Shown here in pieces: positions 9,201 through 17,842 of a stretch of DNA of 64,000 bases (its first letter is position 1; each line of letters starts with the position of its first letter). The DNA comes from a virus. The notes under the pieces were generated by a model. It made no database searches. It had not been told where the DNA came from and was given only the letters and a program-made list of their open reading frames with translations. A program made the position numbers and the translations under genes. The stretch is taken from IMG/VR virus record IMGVR_UViG_3300028840_005911, positions 128,447 through 192,446 of that record. The stretch is one strand, 5' to 3'.

Positions 9201-9830
9201 CCTGGTGGACTGCAGAGCCAGCTTGCCAGCGTCCCCACCGACACCGGTGATCTCCTGGCCGTCGAAGGCGACCCCAGGGACAACGGCGTTGATCTGGGCT
9301 ATGACCTCGGAGATGGTGAGGGTCCCGCCCGGGGTAGTGGCCGCGAAGGTGATGGTGACATCAGCAGACGTCGGCAGGGTCCCAGCAGTCGGAGGCAGCG
9401 CAGTATGGCTGTCCTTCTGGAAGATGAGGGTCCTGCCATCGATGTCGAACCCAGCGGGCTGCCCGGTGCCCATCACGTAGGGCTGGGTGGACGTGTTGAT
9501 GTTCGCCAGGAAAGCCTGAGTCTGGCTGAGCTCGTTCAGGGCTCCTCCAAAGTTGAAGAAGGTCCTGATGCTGTCTTCCTGGATGTCCACCTCATCGATG
9601 TTCCCTCGCGGAGAGGGGAACGATGACTGGCTGACGGTGACCTCGAACTGCACGTAGAGGTCTGTCAGCTTGGCATCACTGTTCACAGTCCCGTCGCTGT
9701 TGGTCACCTCGATCACTTCGAAGAACGGAGCGACACTGCAGGGGACCAGGGTCGGGGTCACAATCGTGGGGGATGTCGACTGGAACTCCTGGATTACTTC
9801 TGTTCCCGGCCTTGCGAGCTCAGTAGCCAT
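6231..9830 (-). CDS. contractile tail sheath protein with large inserted domains
   Basis: N-terminal RPGTEVIQEF; sheath-like C-terminal domain (ELSITKVVDY...FIGRSNIT...DITLDVPYPCNYVRLVLV); 1199 aa. Confidence 0.85.
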   Translation of the reverse strand: MATELARPGTEVIQEFQSTSPTIVTPTLVPCSVAPFFEVIEVTNSDGTVNSDAKLTDLYVQFEVTVSQSSFPSPRGNIDEVDIQEDSIRTFFNFGGALNELSQTQAFLANINTSTQPYVMGTGQPAGFDIDGRTLIFQKDSHTALPPTAGTLPTSADVTITFAATTPGGTLTISEVIAQINAVVPGVAFDGQEITGVGGDAGKLALQSTRYGARASVVVRETGTANAVADGLGFSAAEPELAVGAGFYAIDDGDSDLLSPRIEFYQGTTQKLLSAGDTPAASAVDFTSYSILAGDTVVAEGVDIGEVVSVTTSRLTMEVEQNIMTANVPFAPKYFWVRANGLSYPAPSASTAAAQTGTQQTSAASVAYIVGASTGTYPIGASESFDCDVTIDGVAQTTETISSGAGWADLAAAIAGINAAATNFEAYPANDVGDEHSTGTYLGLRTKADNTGSGAGITYSAETAGMNLGMTLASTDVGENIRYLPGTPAFAVGALAFSATVNAETITYTPEFKGTAKAAETITWAAAHGTLSAAIADWNSQALWTEAYSALSTGVESATGTYFAIRTRGENVGLTAEIDITATDSVPNLAIGTYNGTDTDLDGTNFKWSLDNNPTEYDVTFVADEDDGGTSLQHVLDKINELTTNIAEATSDSPPYLKLESNKVGEASEIEVTDGSANSILGFTDDTSVTGGGRPAPDMAIDVSGNIVLQSQILRDGLTGDPFAGGFADTYIAYKALRLDLSPDADEPSLLTVDDTSTVGEVADPISTDNPGALMLYLQLLNAPGVTVASIGVPEVSADAPDGTPAGYATCAEYLESKEVYAICTASQNPVVHQTFQTHVNFMSEPEQKGERIYFFNPEIPDRASPDLLASGTDANSTPTSNELTVDVNVAPALIAAGIDPNLDINPTTGAIENEVYIDLGTDDKYYLVQKVTGGTTITLRTTFATGDGNSDSFFSETTLPTGIISDDWSLYIRGDELLVSGTTKPDYQAIAETIQGVAQTYGDRRMYYVHPDQCGINVTGLEQLVEGYYATACISGMVGQQPPQQGFTNFPITGLTRVVGSNDKFTNRQMNVMAAGGTYILVQDEDGAPVICRHQLSTDLTSIETRELSITKVVDYCAKFYRKGLRTFIGRSNITQPFLDNLSTVVEGLGSFLRENNVVIGADVNNIIQDADNPDTVLIDITLDVPYPCNYVRLVLVV

Positions 9831-9844
9831 CTTAGCACTCCTCT

Positions 9845-10630
9845 TTACGTGGGATATGATTCCTCATCCACTTCTTGTTCAAAAGATACCTCGGGCGGCT
9901 CTGTCACCAATGGTTGTGATGTAACGACCCGTCCCCTCACTCGAGGGGGTCTAACTTGGTTAAGCCTCCCGGCGCTGTACATCGATTGAGCCTTGTTGAC
10001 CTTGAGGGTCAGCTCGAGCTTCCTCCAGACCTGGGTGTCCAGGCTCCGAATGATCCACTGGGGTTGCCAGAAGAACGGCACCGTGACTACCACACCGATG
10101 AGCTCGTCCACGGCCAGCGGGCCGACGTAGGCGGACGCCGGAGACTCTTCGCTGATTCCATGGTTCTGCGCCACCTTGTGGATGCCATCGATCTTGCACA
10201 TGATCCTGTGGAACACGTTCGTGTAGAACGAGGCGTTCCACGCCATTACCCTGGCGAAGTTGCCGGACTTGGACATGCAATGGTAAGCCATAGTCGAGGA
10301 GACCAGGTCTGTGTGCTTCCGCTCCCCGGTACTGAAGGTAGTATGCTGGTGTTGGTCGAGGCTGATGTTACCCCACTGCGACTTTCCGAGTATACATACG
10401 ATATGCGGCAGCTTCTCGATAGCCGATACCTCTGGCTTCTCAGCGGTTATCATGAGCTCGGTCATCTCTTCATTGGGGCTCCACCGAAGACCGCAACCCT
10501 CTGGGAACTCCCTGAAGAGGTTCTGCAAGAAGTAGACGAAGATGCGCTGAAGCTGGGTCATGGGGTCGGATCCCATCCCAGGTTCGAACGGCTGGAAAGG
10601 CCGCGCTGTTGCTGCGGGGCTGTTCGTCAT
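9845..10630 (-). CDS. putative neck/tail terminator protein
   Basis: Position just upstream of the sheath; 261 aa; function inferred from synteny. Confidence 0.5.
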   Translation of the reverse strand: MTNSPAATARPFQPFEPGMGSDPMTQLQRIFVYFLQNLFREFPEGCGLRWSPNEEMTELMITAEKPEVSAIEKLPHIVCILGKSQWGNISLDQHQHTTFSTGERKHTDLVSSTMAYHCMSKSGNFARVMAWNASFYTNVFHRIMCKIDGIHKVAQNHGISEESPASAYVGPLAVDELIGVVVTVPFFWQPQWIIRSLDTQVWRKLELTLKVNKAQSMYSAGRLNQVRPPRVRGRVVTSQPLVTEPPEVSFEQEVDEESYPT

Positions 10631-10950
10631 TTCTTCGCCTTCCTCATACCTTTGGCAGCGGCCTGAGCAGCGAGTTGCTGCTGTTGTCCAATCGCCATTG
10701 CCGCGCCCATCGTGGCCACACTACCAAGAGTCCCGGCTACCATCTTGAAGAGCTGGGGGTTCTTTATCAGATTGGGAGCCAGCTTCCTTATGCCGGGCTC
10801 TATCCCAGCTGCCAGGGCCATCCCTGCACCCATCCCGACTCCAGAAGCGAGCGCGTTCTTCAGAACCTGCTTCAAGACCGACTGGTTGACAGGAAGACTC
10901 TCCTCCTGAGCGATCTTCTCGAGCTCGTCTATGCAGGCATCGAAGTTCAT
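10627..10950 (-). CDS. small glycine-zipper protein with IDELEKIA leader
   Basis: MNFDACIDELEKIA leader; two GxxxG hydrophobic helices. Confidence 0.7.
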   Translation of the reverse strand: MNFDACIDELEKIAQEESLPVNQSVLKQVLKNALASGVGMGAGMALAAGIEPGIRKLAPNLIKNPQLFKMVAGTLGSVATMGAAMAIGQQQQLAAQAAAKGMRKAKK

Positions 10951-11828
10951 ACTTCACCCAGAAGGTTCGGCACGGGGTTTCCGGCTCTCGGAGAGAGTGT
11001 CATTGGTCTTGTATACTCCCTCTCCGGAGAGAAATCCTGAGAGATATCAAGGCGGATGGGCACCTTGGACCTGATTTCCCCGGGCGGGATTCTATGTAAG
11101 ACAAGTTCCTGATGCACAATAGCTCTCAGCTTCTCTGTCGTGGTCAACCTCTCGACATGCCAACGTTTATTCTCAGCCTCTACAATCATATCTTTGGGCT
11201 TTATAGGTGGGAAGGCGGAAACCCTGGCGGTAGTATCCTGTTTGGCGCGCTCATTGGGGTCGGTTCTCTGGATAGACTTCGACGAAGGGTCGATCTGGAT
11301 GTAGATCTTTATCGGGCTCGCAAAGCCCCCAACCCATCTCATGTCGTAGCACGTGCCGCAGTTCTGCATCTTACCACGGCCGATGGTATTTCCTTCTGGA
11401 CCGACGTCCACGCAGTGGCGGCATTTCTGTCCAAAGGTAAGGGCCGGGTAAAGGAGAGCAACCCTGCCGTTGAACTCCTTGAGCAGAAGGTAGTGCCTCC
11501 TCTGGATCTCAAGGGCTATCCTGTCAGGCTTCTCCCTGAGCCACTCCGGACCGAAGTTGCGTTCGGATCCGTCGTCCTTGTTCACGATCTTGAGACGGTA
11601 GTAATAGTTCCGCCACTTGTGCAGAAGATGTACGTCAGGGTCGCGAAGGAGGTAGATGTTCTGTAGGGGCCCAGCCAGTTGATGGTAAGGTCCACCGGGC
11701 CCATCGACGCTGCGGTAGACGTAGAAGTCGAAACGCGAGAGGATCTCGTCAGAGGTGACAACCTCCCAGAAGATGTCCAGATGGTCGAGGTCGAATGACC
11801 TCACCACGAATTTGGTGACTTCGATCAA
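10947..11828 (-). CDS. putative head closure/neck protein with N-terminal Fn3-like domain
   Basis: Fn3-like start (IFWEV...FYVYRSVDGPGGPY...YYYRLKIV), CxxC pair, connector-like C-terminus (DMIVEAENKRWHVERL). Confidence 0.55.
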   Translation of the reverse strand: MIEVTKFVVRSFDLDHLDIFWEVVTSDEILSRFDFYVYRSVDGPGGPYHQLAGPLQNIYLLRDPDVHLLHKWRNYYYRLKIVNKDDGSERNFGPEWLREKPDRIALEIQRRHYLLLKEFNGRVALLYPALTFGQKCRHCVDVGPEGNTIGRGKMQNCGTCYDMRWVGGFASPIKIYIQIDPSSKSIQRTDPNERAKQDTTARVSAFPPIKPKDMIVEAENKRWHVERLTTTEKLRAIVHQELVLHRIPPGEIRSKVPIRLDISQDFSPEREYTRPMTLSPRAGNPVPNLLGEV

Positions 11829-13505
11829 TCATCCACCAAGCAACTGAGAAAGGTCTACTCCCTTGGACTTGGCCCACTCGAAGACTGAGTTTTTGCCAGC
11901 TTCGAAACCCTCTTCAAGGCCCATGTTTCTGGCCTTCACGGCTGCATTCTCGGCTACCTCTTCCAGTCTCTGAAGACCGCCTGCGGCTTCCCTACCGAAG
12001 GTCTGCGCAGCCAGTCCTCCCAGCCCACCTACAGCCGCCCCGGTGAGTCCGCCGATGGCAGCCCCCCGTGCTGTCTGACCCTCAGGGGCACCGATGGCAC
12101 CTGCTCCGGCTCCACCGAGACCAACCAACCCAGCTCCTACAGCTGCGGGACTGGTGGCCACCCCTTTGAGCAGCGACTTGATGCCCGACCCTGCAGCTGC
12201 TCCCTCTTTACGCAGGGTCGGTGTGCTAGGGACCTGACTCCCTTGGGGAGCGTTCCCAGTCAGTGCTCTGTGGTAGAGGGCCGCGCCGATGAGCGCCCCC
12301 TTACGGAGACCCATGAGAGCCCCGCTCCGGATGCCCTCCTGTTTACCGATACCGTACCCCCTGGCCATCTGAAGGTTCTGGATGGTACGTTCCTCCTCAG
12401 CTTCTTCACCCCCAACTCGCCTGCCGAGGGCCCGTCCACCGACGGCTCCTCCGGCCAGTCCCAGTCCCGCGCCGATGGCTGCACCAAGCCCGGTCCTGCC
12501 GGCCAGTCGACCGATCCCGGCGCCCAGACCTGTACCGAGGGCGCCACCTCCGAGACCTCCGAGGATTCCTCCTCCAATGCCGTACTGGCGCTTCATGAAT
12601 TCCGGGTCCACTCTCTCACGGGCTTCCTCGAGCGCCTCACGGAGCTCCTCTGGAGTTGCAGCAGTCTTCTCCTTCACAGCTTCCTTGATGGCCTTTACTC
12701 CCTTGCCGGCAAGCATACCACCGAGAGCTCCACCGCCGACTGCCCCAGCCCCGTAACCGAGAAGACCAGCCGGTAATCCAAGTCCGGGCCTTTTCAGGGC
12801 TCTGGATATCAAAGCGCCGAGACTTTGGCCTGCGGCGGCGCCTGTGATTCCGCCAATGCCAGCTCCGAGGGCTCCGGCGGGCAGTCCAGCGTAGCCCCCT
12901 GCCGGGCCCCCTTCTGCTGCTCCTGACATCATCCCACCTACCGTACCGGCAAGAAGGGGCAGGTGCTCCGGCCCAAGAACGACGCCAGACTTCTTCTCTT
13001 TCCAAGGCTTGATCGGCCCCTTGTATGGGGGGCCCTGTTCTTGCTTCCCAGGCTTGCCTTGGCGGGCAGCGATGCGGGCCTTCATTTCGGCCGGCATGTC
13101 AGGATGATCCCGCTTGAGAGCGCGGTAGATCTCCTTGACCTTCTCCGGGCGGTCCTGCTCTGTGAAAGAGGGCATGTCCTTTTTGGCCAGCTTCTCCTTG
13201 ATGGGAACCCCGACAGGTCCTTCACCTTTGCCGACGCCCTTTCCCCTGCCTTTGCCCTTCGACTTGATCTTTCCTCCGGGGCATTCCTCGGCAGCCACCT
13301 TGCGCATGCCGCACATGCACTTCAGGATGGACCCGGTCTTCACCATGCCTCGCCCACACTGTGGGCAGTTGTCCTCGGGCATAAAGACCCCGGCCAGTTT
13401 GGCAAGATCCTCCGCCGGGAGTTTGGAGAGCTCCTCGGAGACTGTGTTCTTGGTCTCAATCTCCCCGGCTTCATTCTTCAGTTCCTCGAAATACTTGTCC
13501 AGCAT
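11829..13505 (-). CDS. modular Gly-rich virion protein (Zn ribbon, GKG module, glycine zippers)
   Basis: 558 aa; CPQCG...CMCG; three GxxxG-rich hydrophobic blocks separated by KxA motifs. Confidence 0.7.
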   Translation of the reverse strand: MLDKYFEELKNEAGEIETKNTVSEELSKLPAEDLAKLAGVFMPEDNCPQCGRGMVKTGSILKCMCGMRKVAAEECPGGKIKSKGKGRGKGVGKGEGPVGVPIKEKLAKKDMPSFTEQDRPEKVKEIYRALKRDHPDMPAEMKARIAARQGKPGKQEQGPPYKGPIKPWKEKKSGVVLGPEHLPLLAGTVGGMMSGAAEGGPAGGYAGLPAGALGAGIGGITGAAAGQSLGALISRALKRPGLGLPAGLLGYGAGAVGGGALGGMLAGKGVKAIKEAVKEKTAATPEELREALEEARERVDPEFMKRQYGIGGGILGGLGGGALGTGLGAGIGRLAGRTGLGAAIGAGLGLAGGAVGGRALGRRVGGEEAEEERTIQNLQMARGYGIGKQEGIRSGALMGLRKGALIGAALYHRALTGNAPQGSQVPSTPTLRKEGAAAGSGIKSLLKGVATSPAAVGAGLVGLGGAGAGAIGAPEGQTARGAAIGGLTGAAVGGLGGLAAQTFGREAAGGLQRLEEVAENAAVKARNMGLEEGFEAGKNSVFEWAKSKGVDLSQLLGG

Positions 13506-13514
13506 GGTCTTCTC

Positions 13515-14117
13515 CTAGTAGCCGTAGCCGGGTTGAGGTGTTGGTTGAGATCCCAGCATGTAGGCGCCGAGACCAATCGGCACAGAAGCGCCAATTGCCA
13601 CGTTCAGTGGGTTGATCTTCCTGCCGCCCTTCCCCATGACCCACTTGCTCTTGCCAGAGACAACTTTCGGGACCCCTCCCAGCTGCCACTGGCTAGTGCC
13701 GGTCGCAACGCCCGGCTTCATCCCGAGTCTCTGAGCATAGGTACCGAGTCTCTTCTTCAGGATGCCTGCCCCAGCCTTCAGCCCACGGCCGATACCGAGG
13801 CTCCCGAGACCTTTCAAGAGGGCGATTCCGGCATTCTTCTCGATCTCATCCGCCCAGTTGACGTAGAACTCTGCGAGCTCGTTGCTGCCGGCCATCTTCT
13901 GGAGGCCGTCGAAGTTGCTTGCGACCTCATAGGCCAGGTCCCAAGGCTCCTTGCCGATCCCATAGGCCAGCTTGACGAACTTGGGGGTGAGAGCTCCGGA
14001 CTCCCATTCCTCCCGCTCGAGGTCGTAGAGATACTGCACCTCTGCAGTCTTCTCCATTGGAGGTCCGCAGAGGTCGAACAAAGTGTTCAGGTTCTGGACC
14101 AGGCTTTCAGAGTTCAT
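13515..14117 (-). CDS. KxA-motif virion protein with C-terminal hydrophobic helix
   Basis: EKTAE, VKLAY, QKMAG, DEIEKNAG; C-terminal IGASVPIGLGAYML. Confidence 0.65.
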   Translation of the reverse strand: MNSESLVQNLNTLFDLCGPPMEKTAEVQYLYDLEREEWESGALTPKFVKLAYGIGKEPWDLAYEVASNFDGLQKMAGSNELAEFYVNWADEIEKNAGIALLKGLGSLGIGRGLKAGAGILKKRLGTYAQRLGMKPGVATGTSQWQLGGVPKVVSGKSKWVMGKGGRKINPLNVAIGASVPIGLGAYMLGSQPTPQPGYGY

Positions 14118-14126
14118 GGTACACCT

Positions 14127-14261
14127 CTACGGGATCCAGTAAAACAGGACCCACTGGCCGTCTTTCTCGATGATCTTGACGATGTTGGCCGTGGCGACTG
14201 GCTCATCGTTGATGAACTCCACCATGGCATCGGCAGTCGCAAAGTGTACATGCGCAAGCAT
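14127..14261 (-). CDS. 44-aa protein missed by the ORF track (MLAHVHFATADAMVEF...KDGQWVLFYWIP)
   Basis: AAGGAGGAG RBS; fills the gap exactly; similar to both ends of ORF 28944-29327. Confidence 0.75.
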   Translation of the reverse strand: MLAHVHFATADAMVEFINDEPVATANIVKIIEKDGQWVLFYWIP

Positions 14262-14270
14262 GGCTCCTCC

Positions 14271-14762
14271 TTACCACGGGCCCAAGAGGTTGTTGACGTA
14301 GGCGTATTCGGAGTGTAGCCCGTCGCCATCCAACGCCCATTCGATGTTGAGAGCCTGGAGGGCCCTGAGCTTCTTCTGCTCGTAGTTGTTCTTGAACAGC
14401 TGAAGAGCAGCCTGGATCATCTGGGGGTTCTCCGTCTGCACGTTGATCCCACCATCCGAGTACGCCAGGTAATTCCTCATGTGGAGGATCATCAGGGACT
14501 CGAGAAGGGAGATGACCACCCCACGGATGAAAAGACCCCTCCAGTTTCTCTCCATGAGAGTGTCGAGGTCAGATATCAGAAAGGGTGGGGTCGATGACCA
14601 GTCACTGACCGCGTCCAGAATAGCCCATGCAATATGCCTATTGCTGTGGTCCACCCCCTCAGTCAGCCGGTTGAGTTCCGGAAAGTCTCGAAGAAATAAC
14701 CGTACATCACCGATCAGAGTCCGAGTGTGGGGGCTGTTCAGGATATCCTGTACCCCGGCCAC
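14271..14762 (-). CDS. putative head-tail adaptor
   Basis: Helical 163-aa protein (VRLFLRD...LFIRGVVISLLESL) downstream of MCP. Confidence 0.55.
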   Translation of the reverse strand: MAGVQDILNSPHTRTLIGDVRLFLRDFPELNRLTEGVDHSNRHIAWAILDAVSDWSSTPPFLISDLDTLMERNWRGLFIRGVVISLLESLMILHMRNYLAYSDGGINVQTENPQMIQAALQLFKNNYEQKKLRALQALNIEWALDGDGLHSEYAYVNNLLGPW

Positions 14763-15218
14763 TTACTCCTCCTTCTCCTCTTCCTTCTTCTTGCCACGGC
14801 CCCGCCGCTTCGGCTTCTCTTCAACCTTCTCCTCAGGCTTCTCTTCGCTGGCCTCGAGGATCTCGGGAACTTCCTCGGTCGTCTTCTCCTCGACCTTGGG
14901 CTCCTCTTTTGGGGCCTCTTCGGGCTTCTCCTCCTGAGGCTCCTCCGCCTTGGTCTCTAGAAGAGCACCGTGAGCGAAGACACCGTTCAAGGGCTTCTCA
15001 GCCTTGGGAGGCTTCCTGGCCTTCAGGTAGTCTTCTGGGGGAGTCTCACCGAGGTGAGCCAGGCCGGCGGCGACTTCCTTCATGAGCTTGCGGGGGTTCT
15101 TGAGGGCCTCGTCGGGGACACGAACGAAACGACCCGGAGCCACTGAGCGGCCATAGAGGAAGAGGTTCTGTGCCTCCACATCGGTCTCGGGATGGTCTGA
15201 AATGTTCCATACCTTCAT
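14763..15218 (-). CDS. hypothetical protein with Glu/Lys-rich tail
   Basis: Coupled ORF; low-complexity C-terminus. Confidence 0.6.
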   Translation of the reverse strand: MKVWNISDHPETDVEAQNLFLYGRSVAPGRFVRVPDEALKNPRKLMKEVAAGLAHLGETPPEDYLKARKPPKAEKPLNGVFAHGALLETKAEEPQEEKPEEAPKEEPKVEEKTTEEVPEILEASEEKPEEKVEEKPKRRGRGKKKEEEKEE

Positions 15219-15221
15219 GCT

Positions 15222-15707
15222 CTACTCCTCTTCGTCGGGCTCCATGAGTGCGTCGATGATCTCGCCCTTGGTCTTGTAGTCCTCGGGGTCGAGTCCGTAT
15301 TCCTCTGCGAGCTCGTCCAGCTCCTCACGCTTCATCTTCTTGAGAAGCGCTTCGTCGAGGAACTCGGCATCATGCTCACCGGCGTCATCTTCGCCTTCAG
15401 GTTCCTTCTCGGGTTCCTTTTCGGGGGCCTTGGCTGCCACCTTCCCGCCGGCCATCTTGATCAGATCGTCAGCGGTGAGCTCGGCACCGGTCTCCGTGGA
15501 GACGACGGAGATCCACATCTCCTCAATGCCTTCACACAGCTTCTCCAGGTTGGCCTTCAGGGCACCCTCGTCGAGCTCGGTGCCACGACGTCCGCGACGG
15601 CGGATACGGGTACCATCCTCGAGCAGGAAACCGGTCCTTCTACCGGAACGGAGGACCCGCGCAGTCCTGCTGATCTTCTTGTGGGCCAAGTTCGTTACTA
15701 GGATCAT
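15222..15707 (-). CDS. protein with C-terminal HeH/Rho-N-like helical motif
   Basis: LKKMKREELDELAEEYGLDPEDYKTKGEIIDAL; GGAGG-type RBS. Confidence 0.6.
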   Translation of the reverse strand: MILVTNLAHKKISRTARVLRSGRRTGFLLEDGTRIRRRGRRGTELDEGALKANLEKLCEGIEEMWISVVSTETGAELTADDLIKMAGGKVAAKAPEKEPEKEPEGEDDAGEHDAEFLDEALLKKMKREELDELAEEYGLDPEDYKTKGEIIDALMEPDEEE

Positions 15708-15722
15708 GGGAGTCCTCCGGAC

Positions 15723-15788
15723 AATCGAGGTTGAGTCCTGGCCACGGAGGATGGAGGCCTTACCCGCAACCAGGACTCAACCTCAATC
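15723..15788 (-). terminator. long stem-loop downstream of the major capsid gene
   Basis: 15-bp perfect inverted repeat GAGGTTGAGTCCTGG/CCAGGACTCAACCTC, 19 bp with G.U pairs; no U-tract. Confidence 0.55.
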
Positions 15789-15813
15789 AGGTTGGTGTCT
15801 CAGTCAGCTTCCC

Positions 15814-16938
15814 CTAGTACTGCTGCACTGCGGGGAAATGCAACCCGTCATCTACCCTGTTGTTGATGGCACCGAGGTCCTCCTCAGCGCTCGGAATCTT
15901 GGCCTCGAACCCGGTGTCGGTGGCCGTGGGGCGAACCGAACCGCGATAGAGCTCGAGCTTCCGGCAGGAGGCGATGTTGATGATGCCGATTGCGATGTCC
16001 TCCCAGCTCTGCCAGGTGATGACGTTCGCGATCTTGTCGATGTAGAACTTCGTGTTGTTCAGGATGTAGAACTTCCCGAAGAACTGCGGAGCGGTGAACA
16101 CGTACACGTTGCCGGTACGCAGGATGTCCGTCTTCACTGTGCGGATCACCTTGCGGCCGAGCAGGGTGTTGTACTTGTACCCGTCCACGACGGTCTCGCT
16201 CTGGATGCGGTCACCGAAGTCCTCGACGGTCCACTGGAGCACATCGTCGTGGTCCCCCTCGGTCAGGAGAACGCGCTCGCTGCGCAGACGATTGTTGTCC
16301 AGGAGCTTGAAGAGGTTCACGAAGTCCGGGCGCTGGATCGGACGAACGGTGAAGTCCGTACCGTCAGCCGCCAGGGCCAGCTCACCCTTGACCACGGAGA
16401 CCACCTGCGCGTTGACATTGCCGGCGCGGATGTTGGTGGCGTTGTACTCCACGGTGGTCGTGGTGTTGGTCTCGGTCTGCAGAGCCTGCACACCGGCCTC
16501 GATGTGGCGCAGGAACTCGCGGTCCTCGATCTCCTGGATGTCCTTCACCGTGTTGTCCTCGATGACCTTGGTGATGGGCATCTCGTAGGCGAGGAGCTCC
16601 TGCTCGGGCTTCTCGAACTTCTCCGAGCTGATGGTGAAGAAGGGGACTTCGGCCTTGGGCGCACGCACGAAGCGGGCGGTAGGCTGGCTGCGGAAGTCAA
16701 TCGCCATGGCGCGGGACTGGGGTTCCACGTCGACGATCTTCACCAGGGTGTCGTGGTTGGTGCTGCGCTGGCAGTCCGTTCGGGTCACCTGCTCGGGGGG
16801 CAGGATGTGACGGCTGAACGCCACTTCGCGCAGTCGGTCACGAATCCACGATCCGCCCAGCTCGGCGGTTTTGTCCTTGCCTTCCTGAGAGTCGAGTCTC
16901 TGATTGAAGAGCTCGATTGCTGCTTGTACCATACTCAT
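15814..16938 (-). CDS. major capsid protein (HK97-like)
   Basis: 374 aa after protease/scaffold genes; strongly GC3-biased codons; MCP-like segments (IRDRLREVAFSRHILPP, YVFTAPQFFGKFY). Confidence 0.8.
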   Translation of the reverse strand: MSMVQAAIELFNQRLDSQEGKDKTAELGGSWIRDRLREVAFSRHILPPEQVTRTDCQRSTNHDTLVKIVDVEPQSRAMAIDFRSQPTARFVRAPKAEVPFFTISSEKFEKPEQELLAYEMPITKVIEDNTVKDIQEIEDREFLRHIEAGVQALQTETNTTTTVEYNATNIRAGNVNAQVVSVVKGELALAADGTDFTVRPIQRPDFVNLFKLLDNNRLRSERVLLTEGDHDDVLQWTVEDFGDRIQSETVVDGYKYNTLLGRKVIRTVKTDILRTGNVYVFTAPQFFGKFYILNNTKFYIDKIANVITWQSWEDIAIGIINIASCRKLELYRGSVRPTATDTGFEAKIPSAEEDLGAINNRVDDGLHFPAVQQY

Positions 16939-16960
16939 GACTATTCTCCTTTCTTTCTCA

Positions 16961-17437
16961 CTAGCCGTGGAAGGCGGACACGAACCGCAGCCAGCCGTTG
17001 TTGTTGGCCGGCAGGCGGGTCACGTAGCCCACGACAAAGCCGGCACTCTGCTCGGCCAGGCCGCGACGGATGATGCCTGCACCACCGAGGTCGAGGTCGA
17101 AGACCGCCAGCTGATCGCCGATGGCCAGACCGGTGGAGTCCATGACCTTGGTCTCGGCCTCGTACATGGTCATGTACAGGATCGGACCCTTGCCAAGGGC
17201 CTGGGTCTCGTAGCGGCCCCGTTCCGCGAAGTACGCGAAGGAGGGGACCGTGGCCTCGTCGGTCATGTCGCCCGCATTGTCACCGCCGCGATCCATCTTG
17301 TAGGCGGTGTCCAGCTGGAGCCACTCACCCTCGATGAGGGGGCGTACGTTGTCGGGGTTGAGAATCGCCGGCGTAGCCATCTCGAAAGACCGGCGATGGA
17401 TGTTCTGGAACTCACTGATGAGTTTGAAGTAGTTCAT
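16961..17437 (-). CDS. putative capsid decoration/stabilising protein
   Basis: 158-aa beta-rich protein immediately upstream of MCP. Confidence 0.55.
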   Translation of the reverse strand: MNYFKLISEFQNIHRRSFEMATPAILNPDNVRPLIEGEWLQLDTAYKMDRGGDNAGDMTDEATVPSFAYFAERGRYETQALGKGPILYMTMYEAETKVMDSTGLAIGDQLAVFDLDLGGAGIIRRGLAEQSAGFVVGYVTRLPANNNGWLRFVSAFHG

Positions 17438-17468
17438 TTTCTATTCCTCCGTTTCTTTGTTTCCTGTC

Positions 17469-17816
17469 CTATCGAGGGTCTTCGCCGGTCATGACGAAAT
17501 GCTCGAAGGGGTGGGTTCCGTTGCCGGGGATCTCGGACAGCCCGAACATATTCGACTGAGGAGAGGCCAGCTTGATGGCTTCCTCGGTGACGTCCAGGTT
17601 CTCGACCTCCTTGAGAGCAGCAACCTTCGCTTCGATGGTGAGCTCGTCATTGAGGCCTTTCTCCTCCATCTCTTGAGCAATCTTGACGATCCGCTCGTCC
17701 CGCTCCTTGGCAGCGATCTTCTCCTTGAGATCCCTGTTCTCGTCGACGAGATTGCGAATCGCGGCCCCTGCCTGCTTCAGAAGGGCCTTGGCTTTCTGGG
17801 AACTGATCTTTTCCAT
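17469..17816 (-). CDS. coiled-coil scaffold-like protein
   Basis: Heptad-rich; EKIAA, VKIAQ, AKVAA, IKLAS motifs. Confidence 0.6.
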   Translation of the reverse strand: MEKISSQKAKALLKQAGAAIRNLVDENRDLKEKIAAKERDERIVKIAQEMEEKGLNDELTIEAKVAALKEVENLDVTEEAIKLASPQSNMFGLSEIPGNGTHPFEHFVMTGEDPR

Positions 17817-17842
17817 CTTAGTCCTCCTAAACGGCGTTGGGC

